Of a stretch of DNA of 64,000 nucleotides, positions 1-8,767 are shown piece after piece. The DNA is from an uncultured Verrucomicrobiae bacterium. GTDB lineage: Bacteria > Verrucomicrobiota > Verrucomicrobiia > Limisphaerales > Palsa-1400. A model generated the notes under the pieces. The model was not told the origin of the DNA. It did no database searches and was given only the letters and a program-made list of their open reading frames with translations. A program made the translations under genes and the position numbers. Location: NCBI GenBank assembly GCA_963707025.1, contig CAVPOM010000015.1, positions 96,001-160,000 on the forward strand, in the 5' to 3' direction. Every line of letters begins with the position of its first letter. The stretch's first letter is position 1.

Positions 1-673
1 CCACTTACAATTGGTTCGACATCTTTCACCACCCGCATGTGCTCGGCTTTTTATGCCTGTTGGAGCGCTTGCCACCGGCAGAACGCCAAACTTTCATCGA
101 GACCCACTGTCGGGCTTACCCGACTTTGGATGACCCACGCCTGGCCCATGCCCCTGGAAAAACAGCCAAATTGCTGGAGTTGCTGGATCAGCATGCGGGT
201 CTGACCATCATCACCGGCGGCACGGATTTCTCACGCACCTTCGTGTTTACCGCCCTGGCCCATGCCGCCAGCCGGGCTTACGGAAAGCTGCCTGCGGCGG
301 CGGGAATCGATCTCCATCGCTCCAACCTTTTCGTTCCGGTGGAATCGCTGATTTACATCAATGAAGATCTGGCCCGGATCATGCCCGCCGACTCACGCAG
401 AGAATATGGCCCAGGGTTCTGACGTCGGGGGCGCCGCGTTTGTTTTTTAACCGCGTGTGGTCCTCCGTGCCAGAGGTTCGCGATGATCTGTTGCGCTGCG
501 CCGGGTTCAAGCACGTCGTCATCGCCGAAGAGGGGACGTTGGACGTGGGTGACCTGAAGACCATGGTCTCCACCCCTATTCATGTAATGACGCTTTCAAC
601 CGCCCAATCCGTTCCGGAGGGGAACCTGGTGGATTGCCGGCGCGTGCAGCGCGCAAAACGCCCGGGAAATTGA
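1..673 (+). pseudogene. C-terminal part of an unknown protein, apparently split across two frames (39-422, 440-673)
   Basis: Two consecutive protein-like ORFs on the same strand; LTIITGGTDFSRT loosely resembles a degenerate P-loop; reading frame probably starts before the window. Confidence 0.35.
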
Positions 674-775
674 GGTTTTGGAAAGAAAGGCCGTCCAATG
701 GATTGGACATTCCTTGCCTTGGCATCAAGAACCAAGCACAGTGACGGCGCTGTGTGCCAGATTTAGAGGCCCAGC

Positions 776-1708
776 TTGATGAATAATTTGGTCCGCACGC
801 AAACCATGCACCACAACCAAATCATAGCCGTCCTTCGGGAACATGGTTTTGCCGAGGGACGCCTGATCGCGAATTCAAAAAGCGGCTATTGCAAGCGGCA
901 CCGCAGCCACTTTGTTGTGTTCAACGCCCAGGTTTGCAACCTCCGCGGTCGGCTGCTCAAACAGGCCGACTTGGACCTGACGTTGGACGGGGAGAAGCTC
1001 ACGCAGGCAGCGCGCGCTACGGGAGAGAACTTTTACGTGCTCTACGAGAGCGATCCGAGCCCTTTTTGGAAACCCGGTTCGATACCGATGCCCCGGGTCC
1101 TGCGGGACGCGGTCTGGAGGACGCGGATCCATCGGGAGGACGAGGACCTCTTTCTCCCCATGAATTCCGGTCCCCTGGAGAGGAAGCGGGTTCGATTGCG
1201 TTGCAGCCTGGGCCGTTGGCAAAACCAGCCAGCCTACTCTGTGGACTTGTGGGACAAGCTGGCCTGGGGGAGCGGTCGCAACCTGTCCGGAGCGGTCGTT
1301 CAGGTGCTGGGACACCCGCCCAGGGGTCTCAGGCCGACGGAGAAAGCTGAGGTTTTCGCGGCTGAAGTCTCCAAAACCCGGGGGTGCCCTGTGCGTCCTG
1401 TGTTTTACCACCGCGTCGGATTGCTGAACTATGTTTGGTTCAGTCACGGCGCCGCCGTTCCGGCGATCTTGTATGACCACATCGTCCGACGATTGGATTC
1501 GGTCAGGTTCACATGGCACAGGGACAGTTCGGCCATCCATTTGCGCCAGGCGGGCGAAGTGGTGGGACTGTTTTGGCCATGTTGCATTTCTGCGCCGGAA
1601 GTTCTTGCCAATGCGCGTCGGCGGTTGTTCGGACTTTTGCAAAAAGCACAGAGGCCGAGGAGAATCCTCGCTGAGTTGTGGACGAGATGCCAACAGGAGA
1701 AGCTATGA
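776..1708 (+). CDS. Hypothetical protein, possibly phage/island-type (about 300 aa)
   Basis: Long ORF with protein-like composition (GRLIANSKSGY...VVFNAQV...DLDLTLD...YVLYESD); start uncertain. Confidence 0.6.
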   Translation: MMNNLVRTQTMHHNQIIAVLREHGFAEGRLIANSKSGYCKRHRSHFVVFNAQVCNLRGRLLKQADLDLTLDGEKLTQAARATGENFYVLYESDPSPFWKPGSIPMPRVLRDAVWRTRIHREDEDLFLPMNSGPLERKRVRLRCSLGRWQNQPAYSVDLWDKLAWGSGRNLSGAVVQVLGHPPRGLRPTEKAEVFAAEVSKTRGCPVRPVFYHRVGLLNYVWFSHGAAVPAILYDHIVRRLDSVRFTWHRDSSAIHLRQAGEVVGLFWPCCISAPEVLANARRRLFGLLQKAQRPRRILAELWTRCQQEKL

Positions 1709-1738
1709 TGCGATTCCACAAACCAAAAATCGGGCAGG

Positions 1739-1999
1739 GTGAAAAGCCCGCCAGGCAAGGTCGTCTCGCGACGAACCGGCCAGAGGGCCTGGGTCTTCAA
1801 GGGTTCAACAGTGCCGCTGCGCGCTCTGTTCGAAGCTCTGGCCGATGGGGGGAGCGTTGGAGGGTTCGTCAAACGGTTCCTCGATCTAAAGGCGGAGGAA
1901 ATCAAAAATGTGCTTCGCGGTGTGGGTCTTCTGGTTGATTACCATGGCGCCGAATGGGATGACTTTTGCACTGACCAAGAGACGCGACAAAATCCATGA
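1739..1999 (+). CDS. DUF433-family small protein (antitoxin-like)
   Basis: AWVFKGSTVPLRALFEALADGGSVGGFVKRF fits the DUF433 pattern (FxGTRVPv..l...l..G.s..ef). Confidence 0.65.
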   Translation: MKSPPGKVVSRRTGQRAWVFKGSTVPLRALFEALADGGSVGGFVKRFLDLKAEEIKNVLRGVGLLVDYHGAEWDDFCTDQETRQNP

Positions 2000-2440
2000 C
2001 TGAAAACTCAAACCGACTGAACGATCAAAGCTTCCCGCCGGCGCCCGCCGACCAAGGGGCTGTCGCTAGAGGAAATTCTAAGACAGCGATGGCGGGCGAT
2101 GGGGAATCGGCATCGCGCTTGTCGTGGCGCGATCCGGAGCAGCCGACGGTCGCCAATTCGCCTGGCCGTGGTGCGAACCCTGGTGGGCGCGCCCGCAGGA
2201 AGGCATGGCGGCGGCGCTTGGTTCAGGAACTTAAAGCCAAAGGCCAAAGCCAGCGGGGAATCAGGCGCAGAGGCTGGTGGAGCTTGCCCAACAGTTGCGA
2301 CTGGGGGCGCGCTGGTATTATTGACTCCATCATACCACCATCATACCAGCACTTTCCCGACGCAGCGGGCCGCACGGAGCCGCAGGGATTGACGCTACGA
2401 GGGAGACGGGGTATCCTCCGAGGGAAATGTTGCGTCAGGT

Positions 2441-2490
2441 ACTGCCTTCTAAGCAGTCGGTCGCGCGTTCGAATCGCGCCGGGAGCGCCA
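2441..2490 (+). mobile_element. 3' half of tRNA-Arg(TCT); putative att site bounding an integrative element
   Basis: ACTGC-CTTCTAA-GCAGT anticodon arm, GCGCG-TTCGAAT-CGCGC T-arm, CGGGAGCG-CCA end; no matching 5' acceptor strand (GCTCCCG) or D-arm upstream. Confidence 0.85.
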
Positions 2491-2533
2491 TTGCACTTGA
2501 CCGTGACCTCAAAGCAGGCTAACTACATGGGCC

Positions 2534-3067
2534 ATGAAAACGACATTCCGCCAGCTCGCCCTCGGCCTTTTCATCCTGCTTCCGTTGGTCGCGCGGGCCG
2601 AAGACCCCCCCAACCCGGCCATCGCGCCCCATGCGCCGGATCTGGTCGCATTGCAGGGCGATCAATTCGCGCCCTTCAAAGCGGATGAGTTTCTCAAGGC
2701 CCGTTACACCATCCTCTATTTCAGCGCCGGCTGGTGCCCCGACTGCCGGCTCTTTTCCCCGGCTCTCGTCCGGGCCTACGACGCCCAGCCGAAAGGCGCC
2801 GGCCGTTTCGAGGTCTTGTTGTTGACACGGGATAAAACCGAAAAGGACCTGCTGCAATACATGCGCAGTGAAAAGATGAAGTGGCCGGCCCTGGCCTTCG
2901 ACAAAGTGGCGGCGGCCGATGATTTGAAGAAGTTTTATTCGGGCGCCGGCATCCCCTGCCTGACGATTCTGGATCAAAAGGGCGCCGTGGTTTTGCAAAG
3001 CAAGAGCGACAAGGATGCGGTCCGGGTCTTAAAGCAATTGCAGGACTTGCTCGCCGCCAAGGGCTGA
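2534..3067 (+). CDS. Exported thioredoxin-like protein (nucleoredoxin/tryparedoxin type)
   Basis: Signal peptide, LYFSAGWCPDC active site, GIPCL cis-Pro loop. Confidence 0.85.
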   Translation: MKTTFRQLALGLFILLPLVARAEDPPNPAIAPHAPDLVALQGDQFAPFKADEFLKARYTILYFSAGWCPDCRLFSPALVRAYDAQPKGAGRFEVLLLTRDKTEKDLLQYMRSEKMKWPALAFDKVAAADDLKKFYSGAGIPCLTILDQKGAVVLQSKSDKDAVRVLKQLQDLLAAKG

Positions 3068-3113
3068 CGCGCCCGGCCCGTTCCAACCCGCCTTGGCCTG
3101 CCCCGGCGATGTT

Positions 3114-4340
3114 CTAGCGTCCGGCCGCAGAGGTCTTTCCGCAATTCTCCAAAACCACGGCGATGCCTTGCCCGACCCCGATGCACATGGTGCAGAGGGC
3201 GTAGCGTCCGCCGGTTCCGGACAGTTGATGGGCTGCGGTGGTGAGCAGGCGCGCCCCGCTCATCCCCAGGGGATGGCCCAGGGCAATGGCGCCGCCTTGC
3301 GGATTGATGCGCGCATCGTTGTCGGCCAGGCCCAATTGGCGGGAGCAGGCCAGCGCTTGTGCGGCGAAGGCCTCGTTCAACTCAAGGATGGCCATGTCGC
3401 CCAGCGCAAGTCCGAGTCGCTCCAGCAGTTTGCGGGTGGCCGGCACCGGGCCGATCCCCATGATGGTCGGCGCTACTCCGGCGACGGCCGCCCCTAAAAT
3501 GCGCGCGCGCGGAGTCAGTCCATGCCGGGTTACCGCGCTTTCGGAGGCGATCAGCAACGCGGCGGCCCCGTCGTTGATGCCGGAGGCATTGCCGGCGGTG
3601 ACCGTTCCTTGCGGGCGGACGATGGGCTTCAATTGCGAGAGTTTTTCCAGGCTGGTGGCGCGGGGATGTTCGTCCTTCGCCACGAGGATGGGATCCCCTT
3701 TGCGCCGGGGGACCGCGACCGGGATGATTTCCGCGGAGAGACGGCCATCGGCCTGGGCGGCGGCGGTTTTTTCCTGGCTCCACAGGGCGAAGCGATCCTG
3801 GTCTTGCCGGCTGATGGAAAACTGGCCGGCCAGATTTTCCGCCGTTTCCGGCATGGTTTCGATGCCGTAGCGTTCCCGCATCCGTTGATTGACAAACCGC
3901 CAGCCGATGGTGGTATCGTAAATCTCCGGCTGTCGCGCAAACGCGGCCGTGGCCTTGGCCATCACGAAGGGCGCGCGGGACATGCTTTCCACACCGCCGG
4001 CGATGAGAAGCTCGGCCTCTCCCGCGACAATGGCGCGGGCGGCGCCGGCCACGGCTTCCATCCCCGATCCGCACAACCGGTTGACGGTGCAGCCGGAAAC
4101 CGTTTCCGGCAACCCGCAAAGGAGCGCGGCCATGCGCGCGACATTGCGGTTGTCTTCACCCGCCTGGTTGGCGCATCCCAGAATGACGTCATCCACCGCG
4201 GCCCAGTCCACGGCCGGGTTGCGCTCCATGAGCGCTTTGATCGGGAGGGTGGCCAAATCATCCGCCCGGATGGCGGCCAGGGCTTCCCCGTAGCGGCCGA
4301 CCGGGGTGCGGATGGCGTCGCAGATAAAGGCGTGTTTCAT
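3114..4340 (-). CDS. pcaF: 3-oxoadipyl-CoA thiolase-like acetyl-CoA C-acyltransferase (PcaF/PaaJ group)
   Basis: GCANQAGEDNRNVARMA, NRLCGSG, NEAFA, GHPLG, MCIGVGQG motifs; DTTIGWRFVN is typical of PcaF/PaaJ. Confidence 0.9.
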   Translation of the reverse strand: MKHAFICDAIRTPVGRYGEALAAIRADDLATLPIKALMERNPAVDWAAVDDVILGCANQAGEDNRNVARMAALLCGLPETVSGCTVNRLCGSGMEAVAGAARAIVAGEAELLIAGGVESMSRAPFVMAKATAAFARQPEIYDTTIGWRFVNQRMRERYGIETMPETAENLAGQFSISRQDQDRFALWSQEKTAAAQADGRLSAEIIPVAVPRRKGDPILVAKDEHPRATSLEKLSQLKPIVRPQGTVTAGNASGINDGAAALLIASESAVTRHGLTPRARILGAAVAGVAPTIMGIGPVPATRKLLERLGLALGDMAILELNEAFAAQALACSRQLGLADNDARINPQGGAIALGHPLGMSGARLLTTAAHQLSGTGGRYALCTMCIGVGQGIAVVLENCGKTSAAGR

Positions 4341-5695
4341 GCTTTTTTGCCGGTGAGTTGCTCCGCGGCGGCCAGCTCGGCTGGCATCGCTTTGATCTTG
4401 CGGAAACCAGAGAGCAAGACCTCGGTCAGGCGGTCAATTTCCGGCTGGTTCATTGGGGTGGAAAGTGTCCCGGAACAGGTGCTGATCAAAATGATCCCTT
4501 CCTCCAGCGCGTGTTCGATCAGCGCCCGGACCAGCCGGGCCTCCCCGGCGGTGACATAGCTTTCCCGATAGTTTCTCGGAGGCCTGGTCTTCATGTGAAT
4601 GCGGAAAATGGAGCCGCCTCCCGTAACGCACGCCGGAATCCCGGCGCTGCGGATGGCCTCGCCGATTTGACGGCGCGCCACTGCCCCAAGGCGATTGAGG
4701 TTGGCAACTCGTTCGCGGTCGAAGTATTCCATGGCGGCCAGTCCCGCCGTCATCGTGATGGGGTTGGCGGAGAATGTCCCAGAGTGGGGAAAGAGAACCT
4801 TTTCCGCAAGCGGATTAAAAACCTCCATCACCTCCTTGCGGCCGGTGACCGCCCCGACCGGGAAGCCGCCTCCGATCATTTTGCCCAACGCGGTCAGGTC
4901 GGGCCCCTCCGGGAACCACTCCTGTGCCCCCCCATAGGCCGAGCGGTAGGTGATCACTTCGTCGAAAACCAGGAGCGCGCCGTGCTGTTGCGTCCAATTC
5001 CGCAGCGCCTCGATAAACGGCGCCCCCGCCGGGATGAATCCAACCCGATGGGGCATGGGATCCACCAGCACGCAGGCCAGCTCCCCGGCGTGGCGGTCCA
5101 GAATGGCCAGCGCGACTTCCGGATTGTTGAATGGGATGACGATGACCTCATCCAAGGCGGAACGCGGCGTGCCTTGCGCCACCGCAATGCTGCGCGGTTG
5201 TTTGGCCTCGCCCCAATTGGCCGGCTGCGCGGTCTGGCTTACCTCCGCATAATCATACAGACCGTGATAGGCGCCCTCCACCTTGGCGATCTTGGGCCGC
5301 CCCGTGTAGGCGCGCGCCGCCTTGAGGCAGCACATGACAGCCTCCGTGCCTGAATTGACGAAACGGATCTTCTCGAAACCCTTCGTGCGCCGGGTCATGT
5401 GCTCGGCCAGTTCAACTTCAACTTCCGTGGCGAAGGTGTAGCCGGTACCTTTCTGCAATTGCCGGGTCACTGCCTCCACAATCACCGGGTGAGCATGGCC
5501 GTGGATGAGCGAAGCCATGTTGTTGGCGAAGTCAATCCGGCGATGGCCTTCCACGTCGGTCAGATAGCATCCCTCGCCCTTGGACGCGTAGAGCGGATAA
5601 GGACGCCGCAACACCGTGTTGCGGCTCACGCCGCCGGGCAGAACGCCCAGGGCCCGTTCATAAATCTGCCGGCTGCGTGAATAATCGTGCGTCAT
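4337..5695 (-). CDS. Class III PLP aminotransferase (GSA-aminomutase / beta-amino-acid transaminase-like)
   Basis: FVNSGTEA, GAYHG, FDEVIT, LGKMIGGG (PLP Lys), HSGTFSANP; start MTHDYS overlaps the upstream stop (ATGA). Confidence 0.9.
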   Translation of the reverse strand: MTHDYSRSRQIYERALGVLPGGVSRNTVLRRPYPLYASKGEGCYLTDVEGHRRIDFANNMASLIHGHAHPVIVEAVTRQLQKGTGYTFATEVEVELAEHMTRRTKGFEKIRFVNSGTEAVMCCLKAARAYTGRPKIAKVEGAYHGLYDYAEVSQTAQPANWGEAKQPRSIAVAQGTPRSALDEVIVIPFNNPEVALAILDRHAGELACVLVDPMPHRVGFIPAGAPFIEALRNWTQQHGALLVFDEVITYRSAYGGAQEWFPEGPDLTALGKMIGGGFPVGAVTGRKEVMEVFNPLAEKVLFPHSGTFSANPITMTAGLAAMEYFDRERVANLNRLGAVARRQIGEAIRSAGIPACVTGGGSIFRIHMKTRPPRNYRESYVTAGEARLVRALIEHALEEGIILISTCSGTLSTPMNQPEIDRLTEVLLSGFRKIKAMPAELAAAEQLTGKKA

Positions 5696-6411
5696 AGACT
5701 GGGAACGGTTCCCGCCGCCGATCGTTCCGCGAGTGCCGCGGTCCGCCCATCCATCAAGGGTGCGGCGGTCTTTTCCTGCACGGCGCCAAACTCCAGGCCC
5801 GGCGCAATCCTGCGCGCCACCAGCCCGGCGGGGGTCACGTCTATGATGGCCAGGTTGGTGTAGATTCGGTCCACCACGCCTTTGCCGGTCAAGGGATAGG
5901 TGCAGGCGGCCACGATCTTTGGTTCGCCATTTCGGGTGGTGTGTTCGGTCAGGACGAAAATCTTTTTCACCCCCGCCACCAAGTCCATGGCCCCGCCCAC
6001 TGCCGGAATGGCATCGGCGGCGCCGGTGGACCAGTTGGCCAGATCGCCTTGGGCGGAGACTTGCATGGCGCCCAGCACGCAAAGATCAATGTGCCCGCCG
6101 CGAATCATGGCAAAGCTGTCGGCGTGATGAAAATAGGCGGCCCCGGCAATGGCCGTCACCATCTTTTTGCCGGCATTGATCAACTCAGGGTCTTCCTGGC
6201 CGGGCGCCGGCGCCGGTCCCATGCCGAGCAGTCCGTTCTCCGTTTGGAATATCACCTCGCGTCCGGCCGGCACGAATTGGGCCACCAATTCCGGCAGGCC
6301 GATGCCCAGATTCACGCACGCCCCATCCGGAATGTCCTCCGCCACCAGGCGGGCCATTTCCTCCCGGCCCCACTCGGGGCGACATTTGCCGGGTGCCGTT
6401 ACGGGTAGCAT
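5692..6411 (-). CDS. pcaJ: 3-oxoacid CoA-transferase subunit B (PcaJ/ScoB-like)
   Basis: VNLGIGLP, QTENG catalytic Glu, SFAMIRGGHID, PAVGGAMDL. Confidence 0.88.
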   Translation of the reverse strand: MLPVTAPGKCRPEWGREEMARLVAEDIPDGACVNLGIGLPELVAQFVPAGREVIFQTENGLLGMGPAPAPGQEDPELINAGKKMVTAIAGAAYFHHADSFAMIRGGHIDLCVLGAMQVSAQGDLANWSTGAADAIPAVGGAMDLVAGVKKIFVLTEHTTRNGEPKIVAACTYPLTGKGVVDRIYTNLAIIDVTPAGLVARRIAPGLEFGAVQEKTAAPLMDGRTAALAERSAAGTVPSL

Positions 6412-7109
6412 GGGCCCTCCTTGACCAGTTGGGATTCCTGGACCGGGCTGGCTACGACGACCAGACGGCTGACAAAAATTCCGGGTGTGACCACCGTTTC
6501 GGGATCTATTTCACCCGCCTCGACCAACTCCTTGACCTGCGCGATCGCCGTTTTTGCGGCCATGCACATAATGGGGGCAAAATTGCGCGCCGTTTTGTTG
6601 TAAACCAGATTGCCATAGCGATCCGCCCGGGCGGCCTTGACCAGTGCGAAGTCCGCGCACAGGCCATGCTCCATCACATATTCCTGGCCTTGGAATCGGC
6701 GCGATTCCTTGCCGGCCGCCAGCAGTGTGCCGACGGAGGAAGGGGTGTAAAAGGCCGGGATGCCCGCCCCGCCGGCCCGGATGCGTTCGGCCAGGGTTCC
6801 TTGCGGCACCAGCTCCAGCTCGATTTCTCCACGCCGGTAAAGTTCGGGAAAGACCGTCGAATTAGCGCTGCGCGGATAGGAGCAGATCATCTTGCGAACC
6901 TGCCCGTGGGCGATCAACGCCGCCAAGCCCACCCGCCCGCTGCCGGTATTGTTGCTGATCACCGTCAGATGGCGCGCCCCGTGGTCGTACAAGGCGTGAA
7001 TCAGCTCAATCGGGCTGCCAGCTTCGCCAAAGCCGCCAATCATCACCGTCGCCCCATCCGGAATGTCGGCGACGGCGGCGGCCAGCGATTCAACCCGCTT
7101 GTTGATCAT
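6399..7109 (-). CDS. pcaI: 3-oxoacid CoA-transferase subunit A (PcaI/ScoA-like)
   Basis: DGATVMIGGFG, ISNNTG, PQGTLAERIRAGGAGIPAFYT, ARNFAP, TPGIFV. Confidence 0.88.
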   Translation of the reverse strand: MINKRVESLAAAVADIPDGATVMIGGFGEAGSPIELIHALYDHGARHLTVISNNTGSGRVGLAALIAHGQVRKMICSYPRSANSTVFPELYRRGEIELELVPQGTLAERIRAGGAGIPAFYTPSSVGTLLAAGKESRRFQGQEYVMEHGLCADFALVKAARADRYGNLVYNKTARNFAPIMCMAAKTAIAQVKELVEAGEIDPETVVTPGIFVSRLVVVASPVQESQLVKEGPCYP

Positions 7110-8767
7110 CGTCCTGCCTTTGCGGCGTGGGCGGTTGCCCTGGCCCGCCCGGCCCGGGGAAAGTGTTTGCGATGAATGCCGCTCAATTCACTCTCAATCC
7201 CTTTCAACTCGTTTTCGAAAAAGAATTTCGGCGTGTCCAGCGGAACCAGTTTGTCCACCCGCGTTTCCTTCGCGTCGTACTTCGCCAGAAAAACCCGGTC
7301 CATCCAGGCCATGTTGCGGCTTTCGTTGAATTTCAAGGCAAAGACTTTCTCCCCGCCGACTTCGGCGGTGCCCAGAAGGGAGACCTTGCCCGCCGAGCTG
7401 GTCATCGTGATATAGCGCGACGGGCGGTGCAGCGAGGCCAGCGAACGGTAGATGAGGTTGAACACCTTTTCAATATCCGCCAGCGGCGCGGCGAAGTAAT
7501 GTTGCTCGCCGGTGGGGCGCGCGCAGTACATGGCATGAAAACGAACCGAGAGCGCGGCCAGAATGTGGGCCAAATCAATCCAATTCCGCGCCGACCGTTC
7601 CACGTTCACCCGGCCGTTCTTGTCCATGAACAAGCTGACATGGTTCATGATGGGACTTTGGCTGCGCACCACCACGCCGTGGTTTTGCAGCCGGCGCAGG
7701 GCGGCCAGGGTGCTCGGATTGAGCACTTCGCGCGGAGTCGAAAAGTGAGCCATCCAGCAAAGCTGCACCCCGTTGTCGCGGAGCGTATCGAACAAGGCCA
7801 GCATCGGGTCATACTCGTGGCTGAGGATCAGCCCGGGCTGGTAAGTCAGCAGGCGTGAGCCGAGCCGGACGGCCCGGATGTGGAGCAATTCGGGATCTTC
7901 GAGGATGGGCCTCACATATTGGCGCAGGCGTTCCACCGGCAGATAACCCGCGTCCCCCCCGGTGATCAGGATGTCGGTCACCTCCGGATGCGCCCTCAGA
8001 TATTTATGGACCTGGGCGATGTCCTCCTGGATGAACATGTCGTGATCGCCCCGCACCTGCGCATGGCGGAAACAATAGGTGCAATAGGCGAAACAATTCT
8101 GCGTGGTCTGATCGAAAATGAGTTGGCACTGGGGGTATTTGTGCTGGCTGCCATCAAGAATTTCTATGCCCCCTTCTGCCGCCTCCAGCCACGGCTTGTT
8201 CAGCAACTGTTTGCCATCGTGCGGATTAGTCTCCTCCATGTAATCCTCCACCACCTGCTGTCGTTGCTCCTCCGTCCTGGCCGCCACGTAGGCCTCCGTC
8301 ACTTTCTTCCCCATCATGCCCGGCTGGGGGAAGACGAGCTGATACATGGAATCCTGTTCATACTGGTCCCAGTTGATGCTGTTCAAAATGTGCCGGGAGG
8401 CCTTGAACCGATAGACTTCCACGAAAAGCTCCCGTTCCGGGATGTGGCCGGGCTGGATGCCGTTTTTTGCCAGAAGCCTGACCACTTCCCTGAACCCCTC
8501 CAAGCCGGAGTATTGTTCCCGGTCGTGGAAGAGAAAGGGCCGTGATTCGAGAAGCCCGGAGTGCTCCGGGTAGGTGGCCTGCAAACGGCTCAAGACCCCG
8601 GCAGGCAGGAGCCTTTCGGATTGGATGATCTGACGGGTTTCCTCCGGGTAGCCGTAGCGATCCAGCATCTTGGCGACATCGGCTGCCGTCACCGTGTCCG
8701 TGACTTTGGCCGGGATCGTCCCGGCCTTGCGGGAGTCGGATCTGTTTCCGTTCAACGCCATCTTCAT
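7106..8767 (-). CDS. KamA-family radical SAM / PLP 2,3-aminomutase-like protein (553 aa)
   Basis: QHKYP, CFAYCTYCFR (CxxxCxxC plus Arg), DILITGGD, MAHFSTPRE, QSPIM, SSAGKV (candidate PLP Lys). Confidence 0.88.
   Translation of the reverse strand: MKMALNGNRSDSRKAGTIPAKVTDTVTAADVAKMLDRYGYPEETRQIIQSERLLPAGVLSRLQATYPEHSGLLESRPFLFHDREQYSGLEGFREVVRLLAKNGIQPGHIPERELFVEVYRFKASRHILNSINWDQYEQDSMYQLVFPQPGMMGKKVTEAYVAARTEEQRQQVVEDYMEETNPHDGKQLLNKPWLEAAEGGIEILDGSQHKYPQCQLIFDQTTQNCFAYCTYCFRHAQVRGDHDMFIQEDIAQVHKYLRAHPEVTDILITGGDAGYLPVERLRQYVRPILEDPELLHIRAVRLGSRLLTYQPGLILSHEYDPMLALFDTLRDNGVQLCWMAHFSTPREVLNPSTLAALRRLQNHGVVVRSQSPIMNHVSLFMDKNGRVNVERSARNWIDLAHILAALSVRFHAMYCARPTGEQHYFAAPLADIEKVFNLIYRSLASLHRPSRYITMTSSAGKVSLLGTAEVGGEKVFALKFNESRNMAWMDRVFLAKYDAKETRVDKLVPLDTPKFFFENELKGIESELSGIHRKHFPRAGRARATAHAAKAGR

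Noticed and set aside
2414..2490. Intact tRNA-Arg gene
   Set aside because: No 5' acceptor strand or D-arm; only the 3' half is present
1996..2688. 230-aa ORF
   Set aside because: Runs through the att/tRNA fragment and overlaps the thioredoxin gene; no recognisable motifs
3114..7109. Ordinary aromatic-degradation pca cluster
   Set aside because: No upper-pathway genes in the window, and an aminotransferase and aminomutase are interleaved by overlapping codons
7106..8767. EF-P modification enzyme EpmB
   Set aside because: Much longer than EpmB, no efp or epmA nearby, and embedded in a catabolic operon
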